NCBI GenBank assembly: GCA_943704425.1
Contig: CALSCP010000352.1
Coordinates: 1-34,087 of the forward strand
DNA from: Ministeria vibrans ATCC 50519
Lineage: Eukaryota > Protista > Filasterea
DNA length: 34,087 nt
Direction of reading: 5' to 3'
The notes under the pieces are model-generated. The model ran no database searches, was not told the DNA's origin, and saw nothing but the letters and a program-made list of their open reading frames with translations. The translations under genes were made by a program, and so were the position numbers. This document shows positions 23,759 to 34,087 of this stretch, piece by piece; positions within the stretch are counted from its first letter, which is position 1; every line of letters begins with the position of its first letter.

Positions 23759-24243
23759 TTGATGGTCTTCCACCCTTTCACTCGCCTCATAATAACCAAC
23801 AATTTGCAGCTCCTTTTCGCTTGCATATGCCTCAACCTACACGGAAAACGTCGAAGATGCCATCATTAAGGCTTGTCGAGGTAACAACAACGGGCGGAAC
23901 GGTGCAGCGAGCACGCCGTGGGCCATGCAAGAAATCGGGTGCTTTTTTTCTCTCACCTGCGCCAGTGCGACTTCAAGCATCGGCGCAAGCCCCAAGTCGC
24001 CGTGTCGAAGAGCCACAGCGTCAACTACAGTTACATGTACAGCCGACGATTCGCTCGCCTCGGCGTCCTCCGCGGTGGTGCCCTGCGCAAAGGGGATGAG
24101 AGTCAGACGCCACACACACACACACACGTCGGTCGTGCCTTCTTGATTTTGCCCAGTAAAACGCCATTCACCGCCACCGTGGGGTGACGTGCAGCATGAA
24201 GCAGTGGTACTGCAGCAGCGCGGAGTTCCACTGTAAATAGCAT
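23759..24243 (-). CDS. ER membrane protein complex subunit 8/9 (UPF0172), first three exons; the 3' part is lost at the microsatellite/gap
   Basis: Exons 24139-24243, 23957-24082 and 23759-23836: LLHAARHPTVAVNGVLLG...VVDAVALRHGDLGLAPMLEVALAQVEAY...IVGYYEASER. Confidence 0.9.
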
Positions 24244-24318
24244 AATTGACTGCTTCCCAAATTCCCGATCATATTCATCATAAATCATAATCAGAAATTC
24301 TGAACTCATTATTGTACC

Positions 24319-25230
24319 ATGGCCGCCCCTCCCGTGGAGTGTTTGCTGCAAGGAAGTGTCCCGGATGACCCGACGTTAACGAAACTTCTTGAACGGCTCA
24401 CAGGAATCTGTGGGTCGCTTGGTACAAGAGCATCCCGCTGTGTTTGAGGAGTCGTTACGTTTTGTCGCGTAGGGACTGAAGTGGAACTTCACGAGATGGT
24501 CTTTGGCTTCCCGCTGGACGGTGGCAAGAAGCAGTCGGATGTGCGCGTGCGGCACAACCTGAAAACGGACTCGTGGTATGCATAGGAGGCGTCGAACGCA
24601 CTGCCCCTCCCTGGATTGATCCTTGGCCTCTCTTCCCTCTTTCTCTCCGCCACCCTTCCCTCTTTCACTCCACAGGCGCATTGTCCAGTACGCCTCGATG
24701 AACTTTGACAAGTCTCTGAAGACAAACGAACGGCAGCTTGTTGACATTGGATGTGGGACGGACGCGCTTGTACCGGACATGCTGCAGGCAATGGGCGGAC
24801 GCATAGCGTTTGCGTTTCTCTCGCGCGGCTGGATTTTCAAATCGGGTCTCATTCTCGTATCTGTTGTTCGTATTACCAAGTTGGAAGACCCCCTCGGTAT
24901 GCTTTGTGTGTCTATGTGTTATATATATTTGCTGTTTTGTCTGTGTGTGTCTGTGTGTGTGAAGATACGGACATGGAGTGAGTAAGGGTGATCACCCTCA
25001 CTCACTCGACATGAGAACTCAATGAGTGATGATGCATTGCGTATATAGTGGCGCACAACGAAGGAAACACTCTTGGCGACGGGTATCTCGTTGAGGCGTC
25101 GTGTTGTGTTTCACCCGAGCGAACAAAACAGGCGGCAGAGCGACTGGTCGAGTTTGCGCGATTGCTTGTTCCCTATGTGTCGCTCGTTCGGTTTGACCAT
25201 ACGAAATTGAGGAGGCAAAAGGGGCGATAA
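24319..25230 (+). CDS. MED18: Mediator subunit 18, four exons
   Basis: VECLLQGSV...LLERLTGICG...ELHEMVF...FAFLSRGWIF...YLVEASC...LVEFARLLVPYVSLVRFDH matches the Med18/Srb5 pattern. Confidence 0.88.
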
Positions 25231-25316
25231 AGGAATTGCAGTGTATCGTATCTTATAGTGTTGCTTGTTTGTGTACAAAGAAGAAGAAGAAGGAAAGAAA
25301 CTCAGAGTAAAAATAT

Positions 25317-25779
25317 TTAAGTGCGAGGGGCACGGGGAAGAATTTGAAGGACAAACTGGGGAGGGTTAGGGGGCGGAGGGGCGCCTTGGATGAGGGTGTT
25401 TTGAGCAGTGGGAAGAGCGCCGGGAGAGAAGAGGGCGGTGGGACTGAGGTGAAAGGAGACGGGAGAGTGGGGTTGAGGGCGTCGCTGGAGGTGATGAGAG
25501 AGGACAGCTTGAAGGGAAGGGTGGAGTGAGAGACGATGAGTATTAGCATGAGGCGAGTGCGAGTGCGAGTGCGAATGCGAATGCGAATGCGAATGCGGGT
25601 GAGATGGTGGTGAGTGTGAGTGAGAGTGTGGTGGTAAGTCAACGGAGGGGATGGGCAAGGTTGGTGCAGTTGCGAGCTCCGAGCGTGGCTGTGGCAGACG
25701 CTGTAATTCCCTTTCTGGTTGTTGTTGTTCTTCCTGTTGTTGTTGTTGCTGCTGCTGCTGTTGTTGCTGCTGTTGCTGT

Positions 25780-25820
<41 letters not shown>

Positions 25821-25922
25821 CTGTTGCTGCTGCTGTTGCTGCTGCTGTTGTTGTTGTTGTTGTTGCTGTTGTTGTTGCTGCTGTTGCGGTTGTTGTTGTT
25901 GCGGCAGAGGTGTGATAGTAAG
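25317..25922 (-). CDS. Terminal exon of an unidentified gene: polyQ, (HS)n and Pro-rich tail; upstream exons absent
   Basis: Acceptor ttgtag, then a 606-nt open frame to TAA with a mixed CAA/CAG run typical of coding polyQ. Confidence 0.7.
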
Positions 25923-25998
25923 CTACAAAGTACCAATACCAATGTCACTTCACAAATAGACATCTCTCTCTATCACTTTGTTTCTTTTTTCCTCCCTC

Positions 25999-26105
<107 letters not shown>

Positions 26106-26110
26106 TCCAG

Positions 26111-27532
26111 CGACTCGAGCCCAACGAGCCGGCCGAGAATGTTGACGTGGCCATGACGGAGGCACTTGAGTTTATCAAGGAGCGTATGGCGGAAGTGCCG
26201 CCGGAGAAGTGTCCGCTGCAATCGGTGCTGTACGGGGCGGAGGTGCCCAAGCCACGACAGTCGACGGACAGCGCTTCCGCCGATCCCCTCAAGAACATCT
26301 TTGACAGCCTTGATTTCCCTTCCATTGACTTTGATGTTGAGCAGCGCATGCGCGAGCAACAGGAGCGCAGTCCCGCCAGCGACACGCAAGTTGGAGAGAC
26401 GCTCGAGCGCTTGCGTCTGGCTCAGTCACAGTCTCAGTCACAGTCACCCACTCCTCAACAGCAAGACCAGATTGCGCCTCAGCCCTCTGCTTTCTCAGTG
26501 GGTGCATACGAGTAATCAAGCACATCTAGGGGGAGGAGAGGTGGAGAAGAAGAGTCATTATCCTTTTTTTTAGTGCTGGATCCCCTACAAGTTCATTGGG
26601 CGACCGAGCTTCGTCACACAAGGTACACTTTGGTGCAAACCTTTCTCTCATTTCAATCTCACTCACTCACTTACCTACGCACACACACACACTCTCTCAA
26701 ACTCTCAAACTCTCAAACTCTCAAACTCTCTGAAACTCTTTTCTTTCGCTTATGTAGATGTCAGAAGTGCGCTCCCGCGAGCGTCTCAAGGCATCCATTC
26801 AGGAGTTGGTCGTTTCAGTGCCCACCTTGGCTGAGCTCAAGAAACCCACTAAAGCAACAATCTTTAAAAAGGTCACTTTATCCCTCCTTCTCTCTCTCTC
26901 TCTTTTTCTTTATCTATCACTGTTTTTCTTCCTCCTCTCTCTCTCCCTTACTCTATTTATGTTACTTAGGCCGCTGAGTTTGTGAATTATGCGAAGAAAG
27001 CTCATGAATCGCTCTTGGAAGAAAACCGCAAAGTATATAATATCACAAAGAGAAAGAGCGTGTGGGTGTGATTGAATCTGCTGATTTTATAGGCACGAGA
27101 GGAATTGGACCGGTTACAAGCAGAGACAAATGAGCTGCAGAGTCGATTGCAACAGGCGGGGCTTGTGACGGTGGAGGTACGCACGCTCACTCCCTGTGTG
27201 TCGTTCTGTTTGTGTGTATGTGTGTGTGTGTGTGTCTGTTATATTAGCTGACACTGAGTGTATGTGCATCGATTAACACTCTGTGAGTGTGACATTGCAA
27301 CAGACTCTGTGAGTTTTGTATGTGTTGGAGTGAGCCACGGCGCATATGTGTCAGTTGCGATTCAGTCACTCACTCTGTTTCTCTCCTTGTACCTCCTCAT
27401 TGTGGCTTTAGGTGACCGATTTGAACATGCGATATCTGTTTGTGGACCATATGTGGGAGATCATTATGGGGTATTCGCGAGACGAGGCCGTGGGACAGTT
27501 ACTGCGTGATGTGGTCGGCTGCGAGACGTGCC
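26111..27532 (+). CDS. bHLH-leucine zipper-PAS transcription factor, partial
   Basis: Exons 26111-26511 (donor approximate), 26574-26622, 26758-26871, 26970-27032, 27093-27176 and 27412-27532. They give RASSHKMSEVRSRERLKASIQELVVSVP...KATIFKKAAEFV (bHLH), a heptad coil, and VTDLNMRYLFVDHMWEIIMGYSRDEAVGQ (start of PAS). Confidence 0.82.
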
Positions 27533-27568
27533 GTAAGTTATCGCTCCCTGCCCCCCCCCNNNNNNNNN

Positions 27569-27661
<93 letters not shown>

Positions 27662-27683
27662 CCCTCTTCTATCTCGATGCCTG

Positions 27684-28904
27684 TTATTTGCATCGATTCG
27701 GGTGACGTACAGTAAGACAATAGCGAGGGTGGGATACGGAGAGCTGGTTCAAAAGAACGGCAGGGACTTCGTTGAAGAAGAAGGAGTAGATCAAGAGAGT
27801 GGCAGCGGAATGGAAAAAGAGCGACGAGGCAATGTGGTCGAGTGTGTACGGGAAGACCACCGAGTACATCAGATAGCACGACGTCAAAAGATGCCATGCA
27901 TGCGGAAACACTCGCATCGTCCACTCTGTGCGCGCCCTGTGCAATATTATATATGTATATATACATATTGTTAAAAAGATGGATATAAAGATTCTTTGTC
28001 CTTACGAGACAAAAGTGAAAAAATTGCCAATCAACGCGGAAAAGAGTATGATGGAGCCGCAAAAGGGGCCCTGGAGGAAGTCGTCGATGAAATGAGCAAA
28101 TGCATAGAGAGAGACGCCGAGGGAAACGGCACGGAATAAGGTCATGAGATGGTTGTGGCCCACACGTTCGACGAGCTCGCGCACGGACAGGTCTGGCTCT
28201 TGCAGCACCTGCGACACAACCGTCGCATAGTTGAGAGTCGCCCGAAGCGCTTCTGCCATGAGTATGTTGAGCGCAAGCAGAAAAACGCTGGCACCAAAGA
28301 GGTGGAAGAGGCGCAGAAAGGCACGCACTGAGATGTAATCGGACTCGGACGCGACGCCAATGCTGTAGTCGTCGAAGCGGAACCAGCCGCGCGACACATT
28401 GAAACCATAGCCGGCACCAGACGCCAGTGGCGCTTCGGCATTGAGCATCATCCACAGGGAGACAAGGGAGCGCCACGAGACGGACGCGTACGGATCACAG
28501 GAGCCAAGCGGGACACACACTGTGGTGATGTTCCATTGCTCGCGCTGCGTCTCATTCAGGAACATGTACTCGAGATTACGACTGTACTGGACGGAGCACG
28601 AGGAGGCAAACATGCTGAGGAGCGGTACGCTGCACAGACGAGACGGCTCGAACTCGAGGAGGACGTCTGGCGTGTGCAACGCATCGCGCAAGTGCGGTTG
28701 CTGCGCGACACAGCCGCCGCCGAACACGTAGCTGGTGTGGAATGCAACCAAGGCCAGAAGAGAGACGCACGCTGCCAGACCCTGCCACACAAGGAGTAGT
28801 TTGCGCACGCGTGGCGTGAAGATCCGGCTGAGCAGACGCACAAGTTTGACATGAAAATTGAACGACGCAATTTCAATCCGAGGGTCAAAAAAGGCAGGAG
28901 GCAT
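27684..28904 (-). CDS. Membralin (TMEM259)-like membrane protein; 3' end uncertain
   Basis: Exons 28006-28904 and 27936 down to 27711 (donor) or the stop at 27684. Motifs SRIFTPRVRKLL, QYSRNLEYMFLNETQREQWNI, GYGFNV and FFFNEVPAVL resemble membralin. Confidence 0.75.
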
Positions 28905-29043
28905 GGTGACGCGCCGGCCTACACTGAATAATCTATTTCAAAGATAGGCTGGGCTCGGTGCGCTCACTTCGACACTTCTTATCGGCGAAAATGATTAATA
29001 ATTTTTTATTTTGATCTTGGAAGTTTGATTATTATTTTTTGAG

Positions 29044-29202
29044 ATGACCGAAACTTGCGCGACGTGCAAAACGAACCCGATCGAATTCAAAGTGATGCCA
29101 TGCGGTCACGCGACCTTGTGTCGGGCGTGTGCGATGAAACAGGCGACCGGTGGCAAATGCAAAAAATGCCAAAAAATGTTTTCTGAGTGCGCACGAATCT
29201 GA
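29044..29202 (+). CDS. 52-aa stand-alone C3HC4 RING finger protein
   Basis: MTETCATCKTNPIEFKVMPCGHATLCRACAMKQATGGKCKKCQKMFSECARI*, i.e. C-x2-C-x11-C-x-H-x3-C-x2-C-x9-C-x2-C. It is too short to appear in the ORF track. Confidence 0.85.
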   Translation: MTETCATCKTNPIEFKVMPCGHATLCRACAMKQATGGKCKKCQKMFSECARI

Positions 29203-29370
29203 CATGGGCGACTTCAGACACGACTCACCAACAAACAACTGTCAACAGAAAGAGAGAGAGAGAGGGAGAGAGAGAGAGAGTGTGTGTGTGTGTGTGTCTA
29301 TGAGAGAATGATTGTAAAAAACTCGCACTTTTTCTATTTATTTTTTTTCTATTTACTATACACAATTGCA

Positions 29371-31465
29371 ATGCACACACTGTGGCTCGTTGTGTGCGTG
29401 ACGCTTCCGTCGCTCTCGTGGGGTGCCATCTATCCGCAGTCATCGGCGCCCACAAGAATGTTTGTGGTTGATTTTACAAACTTCACAGATGGCGAATCAG
29501 TTCTCATCGCAACGCTCGCTGGTGTCGTGGCGCAGCGGCAGCCCGAGCTGTATCTGCTGCCCTCGGGACAAGGCGTACGAAGATGGAAGAGTGGGGAGGA
29601 GGGGGGGGGGGAGAGTGTCAAGAAGAATCGAAAGAGTTCAGAGTGATCAGAGTGAACACAAACCGCTTCGCGTTGTGTGTAGGGCGTGAGCTTCTGGCAG
29701 AATGTCACCAGCAAAGAGTACCCAACCGTGTCGTTTGACGAGTCGCTGATGCACGACGCACGCGGCGTGGTTGCTCACTTTTGCGACGCCATTCAGGGTT
29801 ACTACACCTACTTTAATACGTCTGTATCGCTGGCCGTCTCCCTCTGCGGCGTCGACCGGGCCGTTGCCGTCTCGGTCGACACCGTTGCCATGCTCAACTC
29901 GGCGTGTCCTCGCGCGGCCTTTCTTGGCGATGCTGCAAAGATGGACGCCCTCGATGTGTTTCAGAAGCGTGCTGGCGAGTTCAGCACGTCCATTCTTGTG
30001 TACCAAGACCCGGCCAAGGCTGCCTTCCTTAACGACTACGCTGTGTTTGCCAAAGCCTTTTCGCACTTTGAAGATCTCTCAAAGGTGTGAAAAAACAATA
30101 ATGCTTACCCTCCACTGTTTCACGCTTGCAACAGTCGCCCCTCTCTGCTGCAGTCTTCAAGCACCTTGAGCCCAACAGCGCTCTCCTAGGATGGGGCACC
30201 GAAAACGACCTTGTTCAGCAAAGGTACTTGGTCCCTCTTTTGCCTTTAATGCCATACTTGTGCGTGCCTTCTGACGCCGCCTCCTCTGTAGCTCCAAACA
30301 CGGTGTGTTTGTACACGCGGCCGACTGGGCGTCCAATCTGCCCGTGTTCACCAACCTGGGACTGCTTCCCACACCCCTAGCCGCAGCACAGAAGAAACAG
30401 AGAGAAGCGACAATTCGCGTCAAGGATGCGTCTACCAGCAAGCACACTGTTGCATTTCTCATGACGGACGGAGACAACATCCAAGTAATGCGTCTCGAAC
30501 ACCCTCCCTCTCACACTCTCACTGACAACACACTCTGCAGTGGATGATCAATGCGTTTGCACAGTCTGCACAGTGGTACGGCAGTCCCAAGCGAGGCTCC
30601 GTGCCTATTGGCTGGACCATCAGTCCCGCTCTGGCCACCCTTGCTCCGCCCATTCTCAACTACCTCCACGCGACCCAGACCTCCAACGACAGGTATGTCT
30701 CATACACACACACTCACATACATGCATACACATGCACATGCATACATGCATACATACATACATACACGCACACATACACATATACACACACACACATATA
30801 ATATATATATATTATGTCTCTCTGTGTGTAGTTTCGTCGGTGCACCCAGTGGCCTGGGCTACATGTACCCGACCGACTACGCCCCCGCCGACATGCAAGG
30901 CTACTCCCATATCACAGACCTCGCCATGCATGTCAGTTGGTTTGTTGTTGTGATGGTTTTTAATATTTTTTTTTCTTTACTCTTTCTTTCTTCAGGGAAT
31001 GCACTCTTCTATTGTCAATGTGATTGACAACGTTGTCGATGGAAAACCATCAGCTGCATCGCTGGAGCTAGCGCAACAAGACCACAGTACGACTTGCACT
31101 GCCACCCACTGATTCAACTTACCTGTTTCATTGCAGTTCGGAGCGTTCTCTACTACCAATACAATGACTATGCGGGTCTGCGTGGCAACATCACCTGGGC
31201 ACACGGCAAGCCCATCATTGGCGGTCGTTTCCAGCTGTGGCACCCTCAGTTCAATACGGCCAAGCAACTCGCGGCGAAGCTCAACGTGCAGTCCACGGAT
31301 GTAACGTCGCAGGATGGCTACTCGCTTGTACCAGTCAATGTCTGGGCCGAGAGCGTTGATAGTATCATCGAATGCATTGGTTTGCTTGACATGTCACGTA
31401 TCCAAGTGGTTCTTCCCGACGAGCTTGTTGATCTTGTCATTAAGAACCTCAAAAAGGAACAATAA
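29371..31465 (+). CDS. Secreted GxGYxYP-domain protein (putative glycoside hydrolase), multi-exon
   Basis: Signal peptide; motifs ATLAGVVA, LLGWGTE, HAADWASNL, VAFLMTDGDNIQW, PIGWTISP, PSGLGYMYP, GKPIIGGRFQLW and GYSLVPVNVW; phase-consistent GT-AG introns. Confidence 0.88.
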
Positions 31466-31557
31466 TAATAATAATAATAATAATAATTATTATGAAAGAA
31501 TAAAGAATAAAGATTATTGTTAAACTTATAATTATATTTCGTCGTGGTGTTTGTCAC

Positions 31558-33978
31558 ATGTTCCCACCGCGTGCGTCGCTCTCGCGGCGGGTTCTTGCAG
31601 CCGTTGCCCTTGCCCTTGCCTTTAGCTCAGTCGCAACCTGTCAACAAACGTCAAGTGACTATGTCATCCCTCCAAACGCAATGATTACCGTTGTCTTCAG
31701 TGACCCATCGTGCACACTGCCTGACTACAGCTCAGTAAGTCTCGAACTATCAGAGTGACTTAAATTGTGTTGGGAACAAGAAAGAGAAAAAAAAGAAGAA
31801 AAAAAAACCGCACTGTACTCACTGCCTTAGCGCGCACACGACGCTGCCTTGCTCCGCCCAGCCACGCTTAATTGGGTCACACACACACACATAGCCCCGC
31901 TGCTCTTTCCCTCTCACACCCTTTCTTACTGTCTCAATCTCATTTCTCTTGTTTTTTTTTTTTTTTTTTTTTTTNNNNNNNNNNAGGTTGCGGAAGCGGT
32001 GAAGAAGTTCACCTCTTTCCTTCTTTTGCTTTTGTCTCAGGTCACACCCACGCTTCAACCGTTTATGATCTACTCAAGCAACCAGTGCATCTACCTCGAA
32101 CAGTCTCGCGTGTTTGCGTCGCTTTCGCTTCACGGCGTCTTTCAGTTTGGCTGCAACGTAAACTGCTCCGGTTGCGGCAAGGTTGTCAAGGGGACCTTTG
32201 GCGAGTGTATTCAGGCAAGCCCAAGCACCTGGGTCGTCACCCACACGGTGTCGACCACCATACAGGATCCTCTTGCCATTGGTGGTTATCCGTACTCGAC
32301 GTGCGCCGAGCCGGCACGCATGGCGGACAACCACCTAAGTGCGGGCTTCTGCCGCGAAAGCCTCCTCGGCGGCTCTGGCTATGGCATGCTCATTCCCACC
32401 GGCGAAAACACTGTTATTGTCGCCAACAACTGCGATGAAGGTTGTGACACGAGTTGCCGCCTGTGGATTTCACCCATGGGCGCCTGCACGCCCTACGGCG
32501 CCTCGGGGCACGCCTTCATCAAAGTCGTCCTTGCGCTGCCCTACTCCCATGGTGCCACCAACAGCTTTCATCTCGTGTCGGTCGAAGGAGACGACGCGCA
32601 CTCGTGTGTATCTACGAGTCAATCTGTCACTCATTTCACCGTTCAGGGCGGCGAGTGTCACGTGAACCCGCTCATCGGCAATACCGGTAGCATGCTTGTT
32701 GACAATGGTCCTACCGCCGACAGCATCACCATCCAAACCGACTGTTCCATTGGCTGCGCTCAGTGTCAGCACTCGACAACGATCCAGTCTGCTCAGTGCG
32801 TTCCGTACGACGCAATGACGGGTACGGTGTACGAAGGACGCCGCGACGCCGACACCGACATCAACAGCATCGAAGATCAGAGCAATACTGATGATCCACA
32901 GTCACGCCCGAATTCGAATCAAAATATTGCCCTCGGCCCTAGTGTGTCGCTCACCGCATCCCCCGTTTTTGTACCTGACCTTAACCCTTCCGCTGCACCG
33001 CCAGTCCTCCCGTCGGCCCCTCCTCTGCCCTCCAACTTGATCAATCCTTCCGTCGCGCCTCCCGCTATCACTTACACCCCCGCCCCACTCAATACCGTCA
33101 TGCCTGTCCCCACCTACGTGCGCAACGACCTCACCTATCTGACCGCCATTAAGGCGGTACCCATCACCTCCGTCTCCTACAACGTCGCCTTTTTCAACGA
33201 CGCGTCCTGCACCGCGTACGTTGGCATGCCTATCTCTGCCGTCAACGAGGACATTTGCGTCTATGCCAACACAAGCTCCACTAAAGGAGGCAATCCCGGC
33301 ATCTCCATTTCGCATCTCAGCAGCACACAGGTAGTCGTCTCCAGCGACTGTGATTGCAGCAGCGGGGAGAACTTCTTCTGCTCCCTCACCACCATTGTGG
33401 CACCCAACACGTGCACGCCCATCATACACGCGCAGCCCGGCCAGACCACTGTTATCGTCGGCTATGTGTTGGTCGCTACCGTGTCCTATGTGGACACAAC
33501 CACGCGCTCCCTCGTCTTCTTTCCTTCTTCTGACTCTTGCCCGACAGGAGTTCCAGCGACGCCGCTCTCAAGTGTTGTTTCGTCTCACCCGGCCATTATT
33601 GCTGCAAGCAACGAGTGCGTTTACAACGCACCTCTCAACTCATTTGTCCACCTCACATACGACGCAAGCACCGACACTATCACGTACAGCCTTGCTTGCG
33701 ACCAATCATGCTCCACCTGTGGCACCACAGGTCTCACCACGAACCCGTTGACGTGCACTGCGTCGTCTCCTTTCACCTCATTCACCGTCTACCGTGTCGA
33801 CACAAGCGTCTCAACCGCAAGCAACAGCCGCTACAACGTCGTCACGTACGCCTCGGACGAGTGCACGTCCGTCGTCGTCGAGACCAACTTGCCCACCACC
33901 AACGTTCCCGCCTTCACCTGCACCTCTATTGCTCTCTCCATTTACGCACTTTATCCCCTCGTCGGGCCCAACAATCTC
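31558..33978 (+). CDS. Secreted protein with tandem six-cysteine repeats; continues beyond the window
   Basis: Exon 31558-31734 (signal peptide) joins in phase 0 to a 1,938-nt open exon 32041-33978 that the ORF track omits. Confidence 0.8.
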
Positions 33979-33979
33979 G

Positions 33980-33992
33980 TAATAATAATAAC

Positions 33993-34087
<95 letters not shown>
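33980..34087. repeat. (AAT)n microsatellite, probably intronic
   Basis: Follows a GT donor at 33979. Confidence 0.9.

Noticed and set aside
23808-24099. Apparent plus-strand exons with AG/GT boundaries
   Set aside because: The minus strand gives a clear EMC8/9 match; the plus frames are shadows.
24078-24100. U6-like CCCTGCGCAAAGGGGATGA
   Set aside because: It lacks the ACAGAGA box and is the antisense of an EMC8/9 intron-exon boundary.
31975-31984. Possible mis-join at the N gap in the Cys-repeat gene
   Set aside because: The exons on both sides join in phase 0 and complete one repeat unit.

Overview
Gene-dense, intron-rich eukaryotic DNA using the standard code and almost all GT-AG introns, many filled with (CT)n, (AAT)n or a CTTGAA-(CT)n compound satellite. 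The ciliary gene TMEM216 points to a flagellated protist; the taxon cannot be fixed from sequence. Gene models were spliced by hand. From left to right: (1) a giant adhesion GPCR, 5'-truncated, about 3,700 aa inside the window, with six beta-propeller/EGF modules, GAIN/GPS and 7TM; (2) the 3' part of POLE2; (3) NT5DC-type nucleotidase, TMEM216, a DUF4291 gene and the 5' part of a KHA/DCX-like gene; (4) an orphan terminal exon that may belong to the GPCR; (5) a structured GC island; (6) an intronless F-box-like/ankyrin gene followed by a ~330-bp tandem repeat whose branched hairpin occurs in opposite orientations in the two copies; (7) EMC8/9 (partial), MED18 and a polyQ terminal exon; (8) a bHLH-zipper-PAS gene (partial) and membralin; (9) a 52-aa RING microprotein, a GxGYxYP protein and a secreted Cys-repeat protein. 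Several genes break off at microsatellites or N gaps, so parts of the window are probably mis-joined. All family calls come from motif recognition, not database searches.
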